In this document: one piece after another, positions 1 through 11,659 of the stretch
Layout: each line of letters begins with the position of its first letter
Numbering within the stretch: position 1 is the stretch's first letter
DNA from: Squalus acanthias
Lineage: Eukaryota
Assembly: GCA_030390025.1 (NCBI GenBank)
Contig: CM059432.1
Span: forward strand, 25,050,001 to 25,114,000
DNA length: 64,000 nt
Direction: 5' to 3'
The notes under the pieces: generated by a model
Databases searched by the model: none
The model's input: only the letters and a program-made list of their open reading frames with translations
Told to the model about the DNA's origin: nothing
Made by a program: the position numbers and the translations under genes

Positions 1-225
1 TGAAGGGGGATTCCCTTCTCCCATTGGCTCGCCTGGCCCACGTGATCCCAGGGACGCTTGTGAACTGCCTGCGCGCCTGGGATACCTGGGCCTCTGCGTG
101 CGCGCACCAGGAGAGGCCCAGGATCGGAAGAGTCCAGACCTCGGGAGCCCTCAGGTAAGGGCGTAGATTTTTTACCAACAGGAGGCATCCGCACGCAGGA
201 TGCCTCCTATCGGAAATTACGACCC
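1..225. mobile_element. Partial non-autonomous Harbinger-type MITE (left part outside window), related to the 608-1370 element
   Basis: 22-85 is an inverted match to ~748-812 (GGCCCACGTGATCCCAGGG...CCTGGGATAC). Ends in the TIR-like GGAAATTACGACCC. Hairpin AGGAGGCATCC/GGATGCCTCCT at ~180-208. Confidence 0.6.
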
Positions 226-607
226 ATTTCACAGGCATAGAAAGGTAAGATTTAAAAGGATCTTATTATATTGAAAAGTAGCTAACTAAACTTTTTATAA
301 AGCAGATTCGAAGTGTATGACGCAGTGATATAATTCACACAAGGATGGTGTGATATCGATCAGACATTACAAGGTCACCCGTGACTGAAATCAGCTTTGT
401 ATTCTCCTAATGTATTATTATGGTTCCTAATAACCCACCATCAAATGATAAAAGATTTACAACTCATTTTATTATAGTAAAACAACTTTATTAATTAAAA
501 ACTCAATCTTGCAGACTGTCTAATTACATGTTTACTTAAATGCAGCATTGATGCTGTACTTAATGGCGCTAAGGGACTTTTTCCAAGTTCTTACTTAAAT
601 TGATATA

Positions 608-1370
608 GGGCCAGAAGTTCGGCTCTCCGGCTTCCTGCGGGTGCAAGCATCGCGCGCGTACTTACCTATCGCGCCTGCCATTGTGCTTCGGGCCCACGAG
701 GAATTCAGGTCCTGGGCCTCCTGCGGCTGCCGGCGCTCAGTGCTTGCGTATCCCAGGGGCGCAGTTAGTTCGAAGCGTCCCCTGGGATCACGTGGGCCAT
801 GGAGAGCCAATCGTAGCAGGGAATTTTCATTCATAGATTTGACAGGAAGACCTGTCAAATCTATGAATAGAGACCGGCCCCAAAACCACACTAAAACTTC
901 AAATAAATTTTTAAAAAACAATCACATTTTTAAAATAACTATAAATTACATAAATTAACTACTTTAAACAAAAATTAAAATTTTTGAAAAAATTAATTAA
1001 ACTTTTTGACGGTGCTAAAAATAAACTTACCTTTCTTTAAAGTATGTAAAAAAGATAAACCTGTTGAAAACATGCTTAAATTGTACTTAATTAACCACTT
1101 ACCTTGTTAAAAACAGGCCTTGCGCCTCCTTTTTAAATGTGCAGCTTCTCCATACTTACCCTCACGGAGAAACCTGAAAAAAAAAGAAGTTCGCTACGTG
1201 CGCGCTGCCTCTCCCGCGAACGCGTTCGACTTCTGAACCCCTTCCTTCAGGGGAACGGAAGTTCCGGTTTCCCGCGCATGCGCAGTGCATGTGTGAAACC
1301 GGCACTTCAGGTGGCCTTACGGGTGAGTACACATTGCGTACTCACCCGACAAGAGCCGAATTTCTGGCCC
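608..1370. mobile_element. Non-autonomous PIF/Harbinger-type MITE
   Basis: 19-bp TIR GGGCCAGAAGTTCGGCTCT / AGAGCCGAATTTCTGGCCC (1 mismatch), 3-bp TSD ATA (605-607, 1371-1373), GC-rich arms and an AT-rich core. Confidence 0.85.
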
Positions 1371-2109
1371 ATAATTACAATCAGGACGCTTGCAACGTGT
1401 GGTTACTCTATCATCGTCCGTAACATGTAAACTATTCATTCTTTAAAATTCACATGGTAGCATGACAAAATGCGCTATGTTACAGAGCAGCATTGGCTGA
1501 TAACTGGAACTGAGTTGCCAACATCCATGACTCCTGCATCTTGCAGATGTTCTTGCATGCAGTTTAAGCAGGAAGATCAAATACAGATTTCTACTTGTTT
1601 AAATTTCCTGCATGAATCGCAAGCATAGAATAATATAATTTCCACTAGTCCCATGAGCGAATCTCAAATATCGACAAGACAATGTAGGAGAGCGTGTATG
1701 TAATAGGTTAGCAGCCTGGTATAGTTAAAGAGCATCATGGGTTAATTAGTCTAGGGAGCTACAGTGAGAGCTGAGAGAGTGAGAGAGAGGATATGCAGTA
1801 CAGCGTGTATGCTGGCAGGGAGATTCAGGCCGACCTTCAAGTCGGAGACATCTCTGTGCAAAGCAGACAGCTTGAGCAAGCTAAGGTATGGAAGCAAAAC
1901 CGAAGGCAACTAGCCACAATACTGGCTAAACCTAGTTATAGATAAGTAGGGTGCTTAACTTAGATGGAACTTATAGATCACATAACTTTGATAGTGAAAG
2001 GGTGAAAAGTACTGTCTTGGGCAAATAATTAGAGCACTGCCATGGACACAAAGTTCAGGCCTAGTGGAAAAGTGCTGGGAGTAGCTCGAGCAAACAGTTC
2101 GGGCCGAGC

Positions 2110-2308
2110 TTTATCCACCCTCTGACTAGAACCCCAAACATTACGTTGATTTTCATGGAGAAAGAACTGTAATCGTGGAAGGGGTTGGAGAGTTTATAGA
2201 TAAGTATATTGCTCACCATTGCGGCAGCACCCTGCAGCCAGTGGATTACAATTCCTTCCCCATTAAAATCAACGCATTGTTTGGGGTTCTAGTCTGAGGG
2301 TGCATAAA
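2110..2308. repeat. 65-bp inverted repeat with ~70-bp spacer; probable decayed palindromic DNA transposon
   Basis: 2110-2174 vs reverse complement of 2244-2308: about 8 mismatches by manual count. Confidence 0.7.
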
Positions 2309-2849
2309 TCACGATGCGAACGATTACCTTGCTTCTGCCATGGTTGACATTTAGATTGGACCGATACCGTGTAGGATATCCAGTCCAGTCCTAAGAAAGT
2401 CAACTCTAGAGACAAGCAAGCTTTCAAGATTTATTGAACAATTAGTTAAGTAAATTACGTGAACATTCTTTGGTTCACAACACGGATTTATCACGTAACA
2501 ATTGGCACTTCTAAATTCATCACCCATAACAGGGAATCAATAATTTTAGCTGTATCAGCGTAAATAAGGAGTAACTGTTCAGTATAATTAAGGTAACTGG
2601 AGTTGTTATGTTAAATATTGAAGAATGTGAATATAGTTGGTGTCTAAGAAAACCTAGATAAAGTACAATGCATGAACAAAAATTATGCATTAGGAGGATT
2701 CATTTCAAATTAATACAGTGCCCCAAAATCTTGGGAGATTTAAGGACTCATACCCTTGTATGTGCATGAGACAGTGTTGGAAAACACAATTTTTCATTTT
2801 AAACTACATTAACAAAAGTTTTGTCTTCCACAACAGGATTGTATTTATT

Positions 2850-3075
2850 CCTCACTGTATTTATTAACGACTTAGATGATGGGATAGAGAGCCACATCTC
2901 CAAGTTTGCTGATGACACAAAGATAGGAGGCATTGTAAGCAGTGAAGATGGAAGCATAAAATTACAAAGAGATATTAATAGATTAATGAATGGGCAAAAC
3001 TGTGGCAAATAGATTTCAATATAGGCAAGTGTGAAGTCATCCACTTTGGACAAAAAGGTAAATCAGCGTACTTTC
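2850..3075 (+). mobile_element. CR1 LINE RT fragment
   Basis: Translation [24 protein letters not shown] (CR1 RT FADD motif). Confidence 0.85.
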
Positions 3076-3084
3076 TTTATAAAA

Positions 3085-4941
3085 AGAAATATAAAAACAG
3101 ATTGTAAGAGCTTCTACGAGTACAAAAAGGAAGAAAGTAGCAAAAGTAAGTGTCGGTCCCTTAAAGGCTGAGACAGAGAAATTACAATGGGGAATAAGGA
3201 AACGGCAGAGACCTTAAAGAAATATTTTGTGTCTGTCTTCACAGTAGAAGACACAAAAAGCATACCAAAAATAGTGGGGAACCAGGGAACTAATGAGAGT
3301 GAGGAACTTAAAGTAATTAATATCAGTAGAGAAACAGTACTTGAGAAACTAATGGGACTAAAAGCTGACAAATCCCCTGGACCTGATGACCTACATCCTA
3401 GGGTTCTAAAAGAGGTTCCTGCGAGATATTGGATGCATTGGTTGTGATCTTCCAAAATACCCTAGATTCTAGAATGGTCCCAGCAGATTGGAAGGTAGCA
3501 AATGTAACCCCACTATTCGAGAAAAATCAGGGAACTACAGGCCAGTTAACCTGACATCAGTCATTGGGATATGCTGCAATCCATTATTAAGGAAGTGGTA
3601 ACAGGGCACATAGAAAATCATAATATGATTAGGCAGAGTCAATATGGTTTTATGAAAGTGAAGTCATGCTTAACAAATTTATTAGAGTTTTTTGAGGATG
3701 TGACTAGCAGGGTAGGTAAAGGGGAACCAGTGGATGTAGTATATTTGGATTTCCAAAAGGCATTCGATAAGGTGCCACATAAGAGGTTGCTATGCAAGGT
3801 AAGGGCTCATGGGGTTCAAGATAACATATTAGCATGGATAGAGGATTGGTTAACAGACAGATAACAGAGAGTAGGGATAAACGGGTCATTTTCTGGTTGG
3901 GAGCCTATAACTAGTGGGGTACCGCAAGGATTGGTGCTTGGGCCCCGGCTATTCACAATCTATATCAATGATTTGGATGAGAGGACTAAATGTAACATTT
4001 CCAAATTTGCTGATGATACAAAGCTAGGTGGCAGTGTCAGTTGTGAAGAGGATGTGAAGAGGCTTCAGGGGGATCTCTACAGGCTCAGTGAGTGGGCGAG
4101 AACATGGCAGATGGAATATAATGTGGATAAATGTGAAGTTATCCACTTTGGTAGAAAAAACAGAAAGGCAGAGTATTTCCGAAATGGTGAAAGATTGGGG
4201 AATGCAGATGCTCAAAGGGACCTGGGTGTCCTTGTACATGAGTCATTGAAAGTGAATGTGCAGGTGCAGCAAGCCATTAGGAAGGCAAATGGTATGCTGG
4301 CCTTCATTACAAGAGGATTTGAATACAGGAGTAAAGATGTCTTACTCCAATTATATAGGGCCTTGGTGAGACCATACCTGGAGTACTGTGTACAATTTTG
4401 GTCTCCTTACCTAAGGAAGGATATACTTGCCATAGAGGAAGTGCAACAAAGGTTCACGAGATTGATTCCTGGGATGGCGGGACTGTCGTATGAGAAGGGA
4501 TTGAGTAAACTAGGCCTGTATTCTCTTGAATTCAGAAGAATGAGAGGGGATCTCATTGAAGCATACAAAATTATTACAGGGCTTGATAGGGTGGATGCTG
4601 GGAGAATGTTTCCCTTGGTTGGGGAGTCTAGAACCAGGGGCCACAGTCTCAGGATAAAGGGTAGGCCATTCAGGACTGAGATGAGAAGACATTTCTTCAC
4701 ACAGAGGGTGGTGAATCTTTAGAATTCTCTACCCCAGAGGGCTGTGGAGGCTCAGTCATTGGGTATATTCAAAACAGAAGTCGATAGATTTCCGACTAGT
4801 AAGGGCATCAAGGGATATGGTGATAGAGCCGGTGAATGGAGTTGAGGCAGAAGATCAGCCATGATCTCATTGAATGGCGGAGCAGGCTCGAAGGGCCGAA
4901 TGGCCTACTCCTGCTCCTATTTCTTATGTTATGTTCTTATG
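3085..4941 (+). mobile_element. 5'-truncated CR1 LINE (ORF2 RT, several stops/frameshifts) with 3' UTR
   Basis: ORFs 3187-3447, 3571-3864 and 3931-4722 carry [27 protein letters not shown] and LYSLEFRRMRGDLIE. Ends in a TTCTTATG tail. Confidence 0.95.
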
Positions 4942-5889
4942 ACCGAGTGTAATGCATCCAAGTTTGCTGACGATATAAAGCTAGGTGGGAAAGTAAGATG
5001 TGAGGAGGACACCAAGAGCCTGCAAAGGGATATAGATAGGTTAAGTGAGTGGGCAAAAAAGTTGGCAGATGGAGTATAATGTGGGGAAATGTGAGGTTAT
5101 TCACTTTGGTAGGAAGAATAGAAAAACGGAATATTTTTTAAATTGTGAGAAACTATTAAGTGTTGGTGTTCAGAGAGATTTGGGTGTCCTTGTACAGGAA
5201 ACACAGAATGTTAGCATACAGGTACAGCAAGCAATTAGGAAGGCAAATGACATATTGGCCTTTATTGCAAGGGTGTTGGAGTACAAGAGTAAGGAAGTCT
5301 TACTACAATTGTACAGGGCTTTCGTGAGACCACACCTGAAGTACTGTGCACAGTTTTGGTCTCCTTATCTGAGGAAGGACATACTTGCCTTAGAGGTGGT
5401 GCAACAAAGGTTCTTTAGATTGATCCCTGGGATGAGAGGGTTGTCCTATGAGGAGAGAATGAGTAGAGTGGGCCTATACTCTCTGGAGTTTAGAAGAATG
5501 AGAGGTGATCGCATTGAAACATACAAGATTCTGAGGGAGAATGGCAGGGTGGATGCTGAGAGGTTGTTTCCCCTGGTTAGAGAGTCTAGAACTGGGGGGC
5601 ATAAGGGGTCGGCCATTTAAGACTGAGATGAGGAAGAATTTCTTCAGTCAGAGGGTTGTGAATGTTTAGAATTCTCTACCCCAAAGGGCAGTGGATGCTG
5701 AATCGTTGAGTATATTCAAGGCTGAGATAGATAGATTTTTGGACTCTAGGGGAAATCAAGGGATATGGAGATTGAGTGGGAAAGTGGAGTTGAGGTCGAT
5801 GATCAGCCATGATCTTATTGAATGGCGGAGCAGGTTCGAGGGGCTATCTGGCCTACTCTTGATCCTAATTCTTATGTTCTTATGTTCTA
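4942..5889 (+). mobile_element. 5'-truncated CR1 LINE
   Basis: KFADDIKLGG and ORF 5045-5620 (RT C-terminus); 3' UTR with (TTCTTATG)n tail. Confidence 0.93.
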
Positions 5890-6411
5890 AATAGTGAAAA
5901 GCTAAAAACAATGGAGGTCCAAAGAGACTTAGTGATCCTAAGTCATAGATCATTAAAATGTCATGGACAGGTACAGAAAATAATTAAAAAGACTATTGGA
6001 ATGCTGGCCTTTATATCAAGAGTACTAGAATACAAGGGTTTGGAAGTCATGCTACTGCTATGCAAAGCCCAGTTCTGGGCACCACTGCTTAGAAAGGTTC
6101 AGTTCTGTGTACCACACCTTAGGAAGGATATATTGGCCTTGAAGGGAGTGCAGCATAGGTTTACCAGAATGATACCCGGACTCCAAGGGTTAAACTACAA
6201 GGAGAGATTACACAAACTAGGTTAGTATTCCCTGAAATTTAGAAGTTTAAGGGGTAATTTGATCAAATTTTTCAAGATATTAAGGGGAACTGATGGGTAA
6301 ATAGAGAGAAACTATTTCTGCTGGTTGGAGAATCTAGGACTAGGGGACATAGCCTAAAAATTAGAGCCAGGCCTTTCAGGAGTGAAGTTAGGAAACACTT
6401 CTACACACAAA

Positions 6412-7305
6412 GGGGGAAAAATTCAGTTGGTTGCGCCTCCCGTTAGCGCCTTAAGAGGGCGCTAATGGGGCGCAAAGCATCTAGCGCCCAGGCGCGGCGA
6501 AGTTTGCGCCGCTCGCGAAATTAACTAGACATTTTGCGGCGGCGCTAAACGCTACTGCCACGATCTCCTGCGCCGGCAGATCGTGACGTCAGTCGAGTGC
6601 GCAACGCCCCGGTATCGCCCCGGAGAGGATATTGAGTGGCGCCCCCTGCCTTACCGCCTGACGCAAGCAACGACAGGTTGAGGGGAGCATTCTGCAGTCA
6701 TGAAGGGAAAGGGGGAGCCGCTATTTAAAGGTGACCGCTTCCTGCCTTTTATTGTTGGTGCCATTTTTGAACTACGCATTCTGAGAGAGAGAGGGAGAGA
6801 CTTCTGGAGAGATTCAACGCTGTGTGAAGGAGTTTTGGGTACTGAGCAGCACTTTGCAGGTTCATTTTGATTTGCCATTCCTTGTATCGATTTAGAAGAG
6901 ACTGTGGGGGCTGCACTCTGAGCTCTTTGCCTGGTACTCTCCATTGTTCTTTCCAGCAGATTTGATGTGCAGGTCTCACCAGGCAGAGATTCAAGGCTGC
7001 AATGAGCAGGATGTGGATGGAAAGCAAGGTTAACCAGCCCCTTTAGGAACTGGCCCGCGCCATTGTGTATGTGTTCCATTGCTGACTGACATTACATGAG
7101 CTTCGCCAGCGCTCTGAGGTAGCGCCTCGCTCCTCGGCCTTTGCGCCTTAAGACAGGTGTGAAGCGCCTGATTTAACGCTCCAATCACCTCCAGGGGCGA
7201 TGAAAGTCAAGTTTGCAGTCGGTGGCGATAATCAGCGCCAGGCGCTAATCTTTGCGCCCGGCCGATAATTGCGCCCCAAATGGGGCGATACTGATTTTCT
7301 CCCCC
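6412..7305 (-). mobile_element. Harbinger-derived MITE, unit 1
   Basis: TIR GGGGGAAAAATTCAG / CTGATTTTCTCCCCC, TSD AAA (6409-6411, 7306-7308). One arm is homologous to the terminal region 21185-21466 of the transposase-coding Harbinger. Confidence 0.92.
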
Positions 7306-7325
7306 AAAGGGTGGTAAAAGTTTTG

Positions 7326-8218
7326 GGGAGAAAAATTCAGTTGGTTGCGCCTCCCGTTAGCGCCTTAAGAGGGCGCTAATGGGGCGCAAAGCAGCTAGCA
7401 CCCAGGCGCAGCGAAGTTTGCGCCGCTCGCAAAATTAACTAGACATTTTGCGGCGGCTCTAAACACGACCGCCACGATCTCCTGCGCCGGCAGATCGTGA
7501 CGTCAGTCGAGTGCGCAACGCCCCGGTATCGCCCCGGAGCGGATATTGAGTGGCGCCCCCTGCCTTACCGCCTGACGCTAGCAACGACAGGTTGAGGGGA
7601 GCGTTCTGTAGTCATGAAGGGAAAGGGGGAGCGCTATTTAAAGGTGACTGCTTCCTGCCTTTTATTGTTGGTGCCATTTTTTAACTATGCATTCTGAGAG
7701 AGAGAGAGAGAGACTTCTGGAGAGATTCAATGTTGTGTGAAGGAGTTTTGGGTACTGAGCAGCACTTTGCAGGTTCATTTTGATTTGCCATTCCTTGTAT
7801 CGATTTAGAAGAGACTGTGGGGGCTGCACTCTGAGCTCTTTGCCTGGTACTCTCCATTGTTCTTTCCAGCACATTTGATGTGCAGGTCTCTTCAGGCCGA
7901 GATTCAAGGCTGCAATGAGCAGGATGTGGATGGAAAACAAGATTAACCATCCCCTTTAAGAACTGGCCCGTGCCATTGTGTGTGTGTTCCATTGCTGACT
8001 GACATTACATGAGCTTCGCCAGCGCTCTGAGGTAGCACCTCGCTCCTCGGCCTTTGCGCCTTAAGACAGGTGTGAAGCGCCTGATTTAGCGCTCCAATCA
8101 CCTCCAGGGGCGATAAAAGTCAAGTTTGCAGTCGGTGGCAATAATTAGCGCCAGGCGCTAATCTTTGCACCCGACCGATAATTGCACCCCAAATGGGGCG
8201 ATACTGAATTTCTCCCCC
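7326..8218 (-). mobile_element. Harbinger-derived MITE, unit 2
   Basis: TIR GGGAGAAAAATTCAG / CTGAATTTCTCCCCC, TSD TTG (7323-7325, 8219-8221). Direct repeat of unit 1. Confidence 0.92.
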
Positions 8219-8583
8219 TTGAACTCTCTCCCACAAATGGCAGTTGATGCTAGGTCAATTGTTAATTTTAACTCTGAGATTGATAGATTTCTGTTAACCA
8301 AAGGTATTAAGGGATATGGGGCAAAGGAATTAGGTCACAGATCTGCCATGATCTCATTGAATGGCGGAACATGATCGAGGGGCAACATGGCCTTCTCCTG
8401 TTCCTATATTCCTGTTGTGCTACACGGGTTTACCAAAATATGAAGGGTAACAATAGTGATAATGTAATTAATCAACTGTTCGTTTTAACAGATTTGCATT
8501 TCCTAACGATGCAAGTTCTTCAATTGTGGAACCCTTCTACTTGTATAGCTATACAGACAACCTATGGTGCTGTCATTTAATGT

Positions 8584-8784
8584 GATGATGTGGAGATGCC
8601 GGTGTTGGGCTGGGGTGGACAAATGTGAGAAGTCGCACAACACCAGGTTATAGTCCAACAGTTTTATTTGAAATCACAAGCTTTCGGAGCGCTGCTCCTT
8701 CATCACCTGACGAAGGAACAGCGCTCCGAAAACTTGTGATTTCAAATAAAACTGTTGGACTATAACCTGGTGTTGTGCGACTTC
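8584..8784. mobile_element. Minimal Penelope-like insertion made only of the 3' terminus plus its inverted copy
   Basis: Same terminus as 26240-26365. Inverted repeat of ~77 bp (8628-8705 / 8708-8784). TSD TGTCATTTAATGT (8571-8583, 8785-8797). Confidence 0.88.
8702..8741 (+). ncRNA. Minimal type-I hammerhead ribozyme motif (PLE type), mutated
   Basis: ATCAC-CTGACGA-AGGAACAGCGCTCC-GAAA-ACTT-GTGAT: CUGANGA and GAAA boxes, stem I ATCAC/GTGAT. Stem II and the AAGCTT palindrome each carry one substitution. Confidence 0.65.
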
Positions 8785-9362
8785 TGTCATTTAATGTAGC
8801 AATGTTAGAAATTGGGAAAGCTTTAGTGCCTTCACTAACAGTGTTTGTAATTAAAGATGAGTAACCTAGATCCATTTAGGCCAAAATGTATTTGGCAGAA
8901 TTCATATGCACTTGATTAGGCAAATCATACCTGTGACTTCAGGGTATTGGGATCTTTGTGCAAAGTTATTTTACATTAAATTGATTGCAGTAATTTTTAT
9001 AAATCCACAGGAAGCATTCCTAGACAATCACCATGAGTACCTCACGCATTTGAGCGCTCGTGGAGGAGGAGGGAGATTGGGAATCATCTCAGTTATCTCC
9101 ATGGCTAAGGTCCTCGTCAAGCAGGTATTCTGAAGGTGAAGAATGCCCCAGGTCACAATGGATCATCTTTTGTGACCTTTATTACAGATAATTGTGATTC
9201 TCAGGACTGCTTTAATGGCAGTGCTGGAGGACAACCAAGGGTATTTCTTTTACATGAAGGCAGTTCCAGAGATTTACAGAGTAGCCTTTATCTGAAAGGT
9301 GATGGTGCGAGATGGGGATCCAGCCGTATTAATATGAGCGATTCATATAAATATGACTGATA

Positions 9363-11168
9363 GGGGTAGAAATTAGGTCGCGCCCCATTTGGGGCGCAAA
9401 TATCGTCCGGACGCAAATATTAGCGCCTGGCGCTAATTATCGGCACTGATGGGAAACTTCACTTTTACCGCCCCGGGAGGTGAGTGGAGCGCTAAAGCAG
9501 GCGCTGCACACCTCTCTTAAGGCGCAAAGGCCGAGCAGTGAGGCGCTAACTCGGAGCGCTGGCGAAGCTCATGTAATGTCAGTCAGCAATGGAACACACA
9601 CACAATGGCACGGGCCAGTTCTTAAAGGGGATGGTTAATCTTGTTTTCCATCCACATCCTGCTCATTGCAGCCTTGAATCTCGGCCTGAAGAGACCTGCA
9701 CATCAAATGTGCTGGAAAGAACAATGGAGAGTACCAGGCAAAGAGCTCAGAGTGCAGCCCCCACAGTCTCTTCTAAATCGATACAAGGAATGGCAAATCA
9801 AAATGAACCTGCAAAGTGCTGCTCAGTACCCAAAACTCCTTCACACAACATTGAATCTCTCCAGAAGTCTCTCTCTCTCTCTCTCAGAATGCATAGTTAA
9901 AAAATGGCACCAACAATAAAAGGCAGGAAGCAGTCACCTTTAAATAGCGCTCCCCCTTTCCCTTCATGACTACAGAATGCTCCCCTCAACCTGTCGTTGC
10001 TAGCGTCAGGCGGTAAGGCAGGGGGCGCCACTCAATATCCGCTCCGGGGCGATACCGGGGCGTTGCGCACTCGACTGACGTCACGATCTGCCGGCGCAGG
10101 AGATCGTGGCGGTAGTGTTTAGAGCCGCCGCAAAATGTCCAGTTAATTTTGCGAGCGGCGCAAACTTCGCCGCGCCTGGGCGCTAGCTGCTTTGCGCCCC
10201 ATTAGCGCCCTCTTAAGGCGCTAACGGGAGGCGCAACCAACTGAATTTTTCTCCCCAAAACTTTTACCACCCTTTGGGGGAGAAAATCAGTATCGCCCCA
10301 TTTGGGGCGCAATTATCGGCCGGGCGCAAAGATTAGCGCCTGGCGCTGATTATCGCCACCGACTGCAAACTTGACTTTCATCGCCCCTGGAGGTGATTGG
10401 AGCGTTAAATCAGGCGCTTCACACCTGTCTTAAGGCGCAAAGGCCGAGGAGCGAGGCGCTACCTCAGAGCGCTGGCGAAGCTCATGTAATGTCAGTCAGC
10501 AATGGAACACACACACAATGGCACGGGCCAGTTCTTAAAGGGGATGGTTAATCTTGCTTTCCATCCACATCCTGTTCATTGCTGCCTTGAATCTCGGCCT
10601 GGAGAGACTTGCACATCAAATGTGCTGGAAAGAACAATGGAGAGCACCGGGCAAAGAGCTCAGAGTGCAGCTCCCACGGTCTCTGCTAAATCGATACAAG
10701 GAATGGCAAATCAAAATGAACCTGCAAAGTGCTGCTCAGTACCCAAAACTCCTTCACACAACGTTGAATCTCTCCAGAAGTCTCTCCCTCTCTCTCTCAG
10801 AATGCGTAGTTCAAAAATGCCACCAACAATAAAAGACAGGAAGAGGCCCCTTTTAAATAGCGCCCCCCCCAGCCCCACAGCGATTGATAGCGTTCCAGTC
10901 TTCTGGTCGTTGGAAGCGCCAGGCGGTAAGGCAGGGGGCGCCACTCAATTTCCGCTACGGGGCGCCCCAAGGGCGTTGCACCATGGAATGACGTCACAAT
11001 CTGCGCGCGCAGGTGGTCGCAGCGGTAAGTTTTAGCGCCGCCGCACAATCTCAAGTTAAGTTCTCGAGCGGCGCAAACATCGCTGCGCCCGGGCGTTAGC
11101 GGCTTTGCGCCCCATTAGCGCCCTCTTAAGGCGCTAACGGGTGGCGCAACCAAGTGAATTTTTACCCC
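9363..11168 (+). mobile_element. Composite Harbinger-MITE dimer (units 9363-10255 and 10276-11168) carrying a captured 20-bp CR1 spacer
   Basis: Outer TIR GGGGTAGAAATT / AATTTTTACCCC and a single TSD ATA (9360-9362, 11169-11171). Interior ~9555-10511 is an almost exact inverted copy of ~7070-8026. Confidence 0.92.
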
Positions 11169-11284
11169 ATAGTCTGGAGAATCAGAAAATAAAATTTTGG
11201 AAAATTAAGAAGGGCAAGTGAAAGGTAAAACTGTGAATTCATGGGAGATGGTTCCCCACCACGGCATGTATAAGTGAGCCACAA

Positions 11285-11625
11285 TGCGCACAGTAAGATC
11301 TCACAAACAGCAATCTGATAATGACCAGATAATCTGTTATTTAGTGATGTTGGTTGAGGGATAAATATTGGCCAGGTCACTGTTAAGAACTCCTCTGCTC
11401 TTCTTTGAAATACTGCCGTGGGTTTTTTTTCATCCACTTGAGAGGTTCAGACAGGTTCTCAGTTTAACAATTCATCTGAAGGACCGCACCTCTGGCATTG
11501 CAGCACTCCCTCAGTACTGCAGTTAAGTGTCAGTCTGATTTTATATTCAAGTTGGCTGAGCATGGGTCCTGAACCCTCAACCTTCTGACTCAGAGTTGAG
11601 AGTGCTACCACTAAGCCACGGCTGA
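11285..11625 (-). mobile_element. tRNA-derived Deu-domain SINE (SacSINE1-like)
   Basis: Minus strand has a tRNA-like head with A/B boxes (GTGGCTTAGTGG...GGTTCAGGACC) followed by a CTGACAC..GCAGTACTGAGGGAGTGCTGCA Deu-type core. Confidence 0.8.
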
Positions 11626-11659
11626 GACCAAGAATTGTGCAATGATGTGCGTTACGAGA

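Larger units (their letters stand above)
5890..8420 (+). mobile_element. Older CR1 3' fragment split by two MITE insertions (pieces 5890-6411, 7306-7325, 8219-8420)
   Basis: Removing the MITEs and one copy of each TSD restores the CR1 sequence CACTTCTACACACAAAGGGTGGTAAAAGTTTTGAACTCTCTCCC (compare 21941-21981). Confidence 0.88.

Noticed and set aside
1682..2060. LTR-like segment starting TGTAGG
   Set aside because: No matching CA end with a TSD was found.
6412..8218. Simple tandem duplication, or the dimer transposing intact to 9363
   Set aside because: Each unit has its own TSD, and the outer arms of the second dimer are far more diverged than its interior.
9011..9124. Possible host exon (CACAG|GAAGC...AAGCAG|GTATTC, one open frame)
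   Set aside because: No recognisable protein, a weak donor and no partner exons; cannot be supported without RNA data.
6749..10832. Four copies of a 92-aa ORF with a signal-peptide-like N-terminus (xLSIHILLIAALNL...), suggestive of a secreted peptide cluster
   Set aside because: The start is TTG, not ATG, and the ORFs lie inside MITE copies. Their near identity follows from recent copying or conversion, and the frame runs through a CT microsatellite.
9589..11035. MEHTHNG... ORFs (103-177 aa) as a novel gene family
   Set aside because: Stops differ between copies. Only MESTRQRAQSAAP resembles the start of a Harbinger Myb ORF, so these are deletion stubs.
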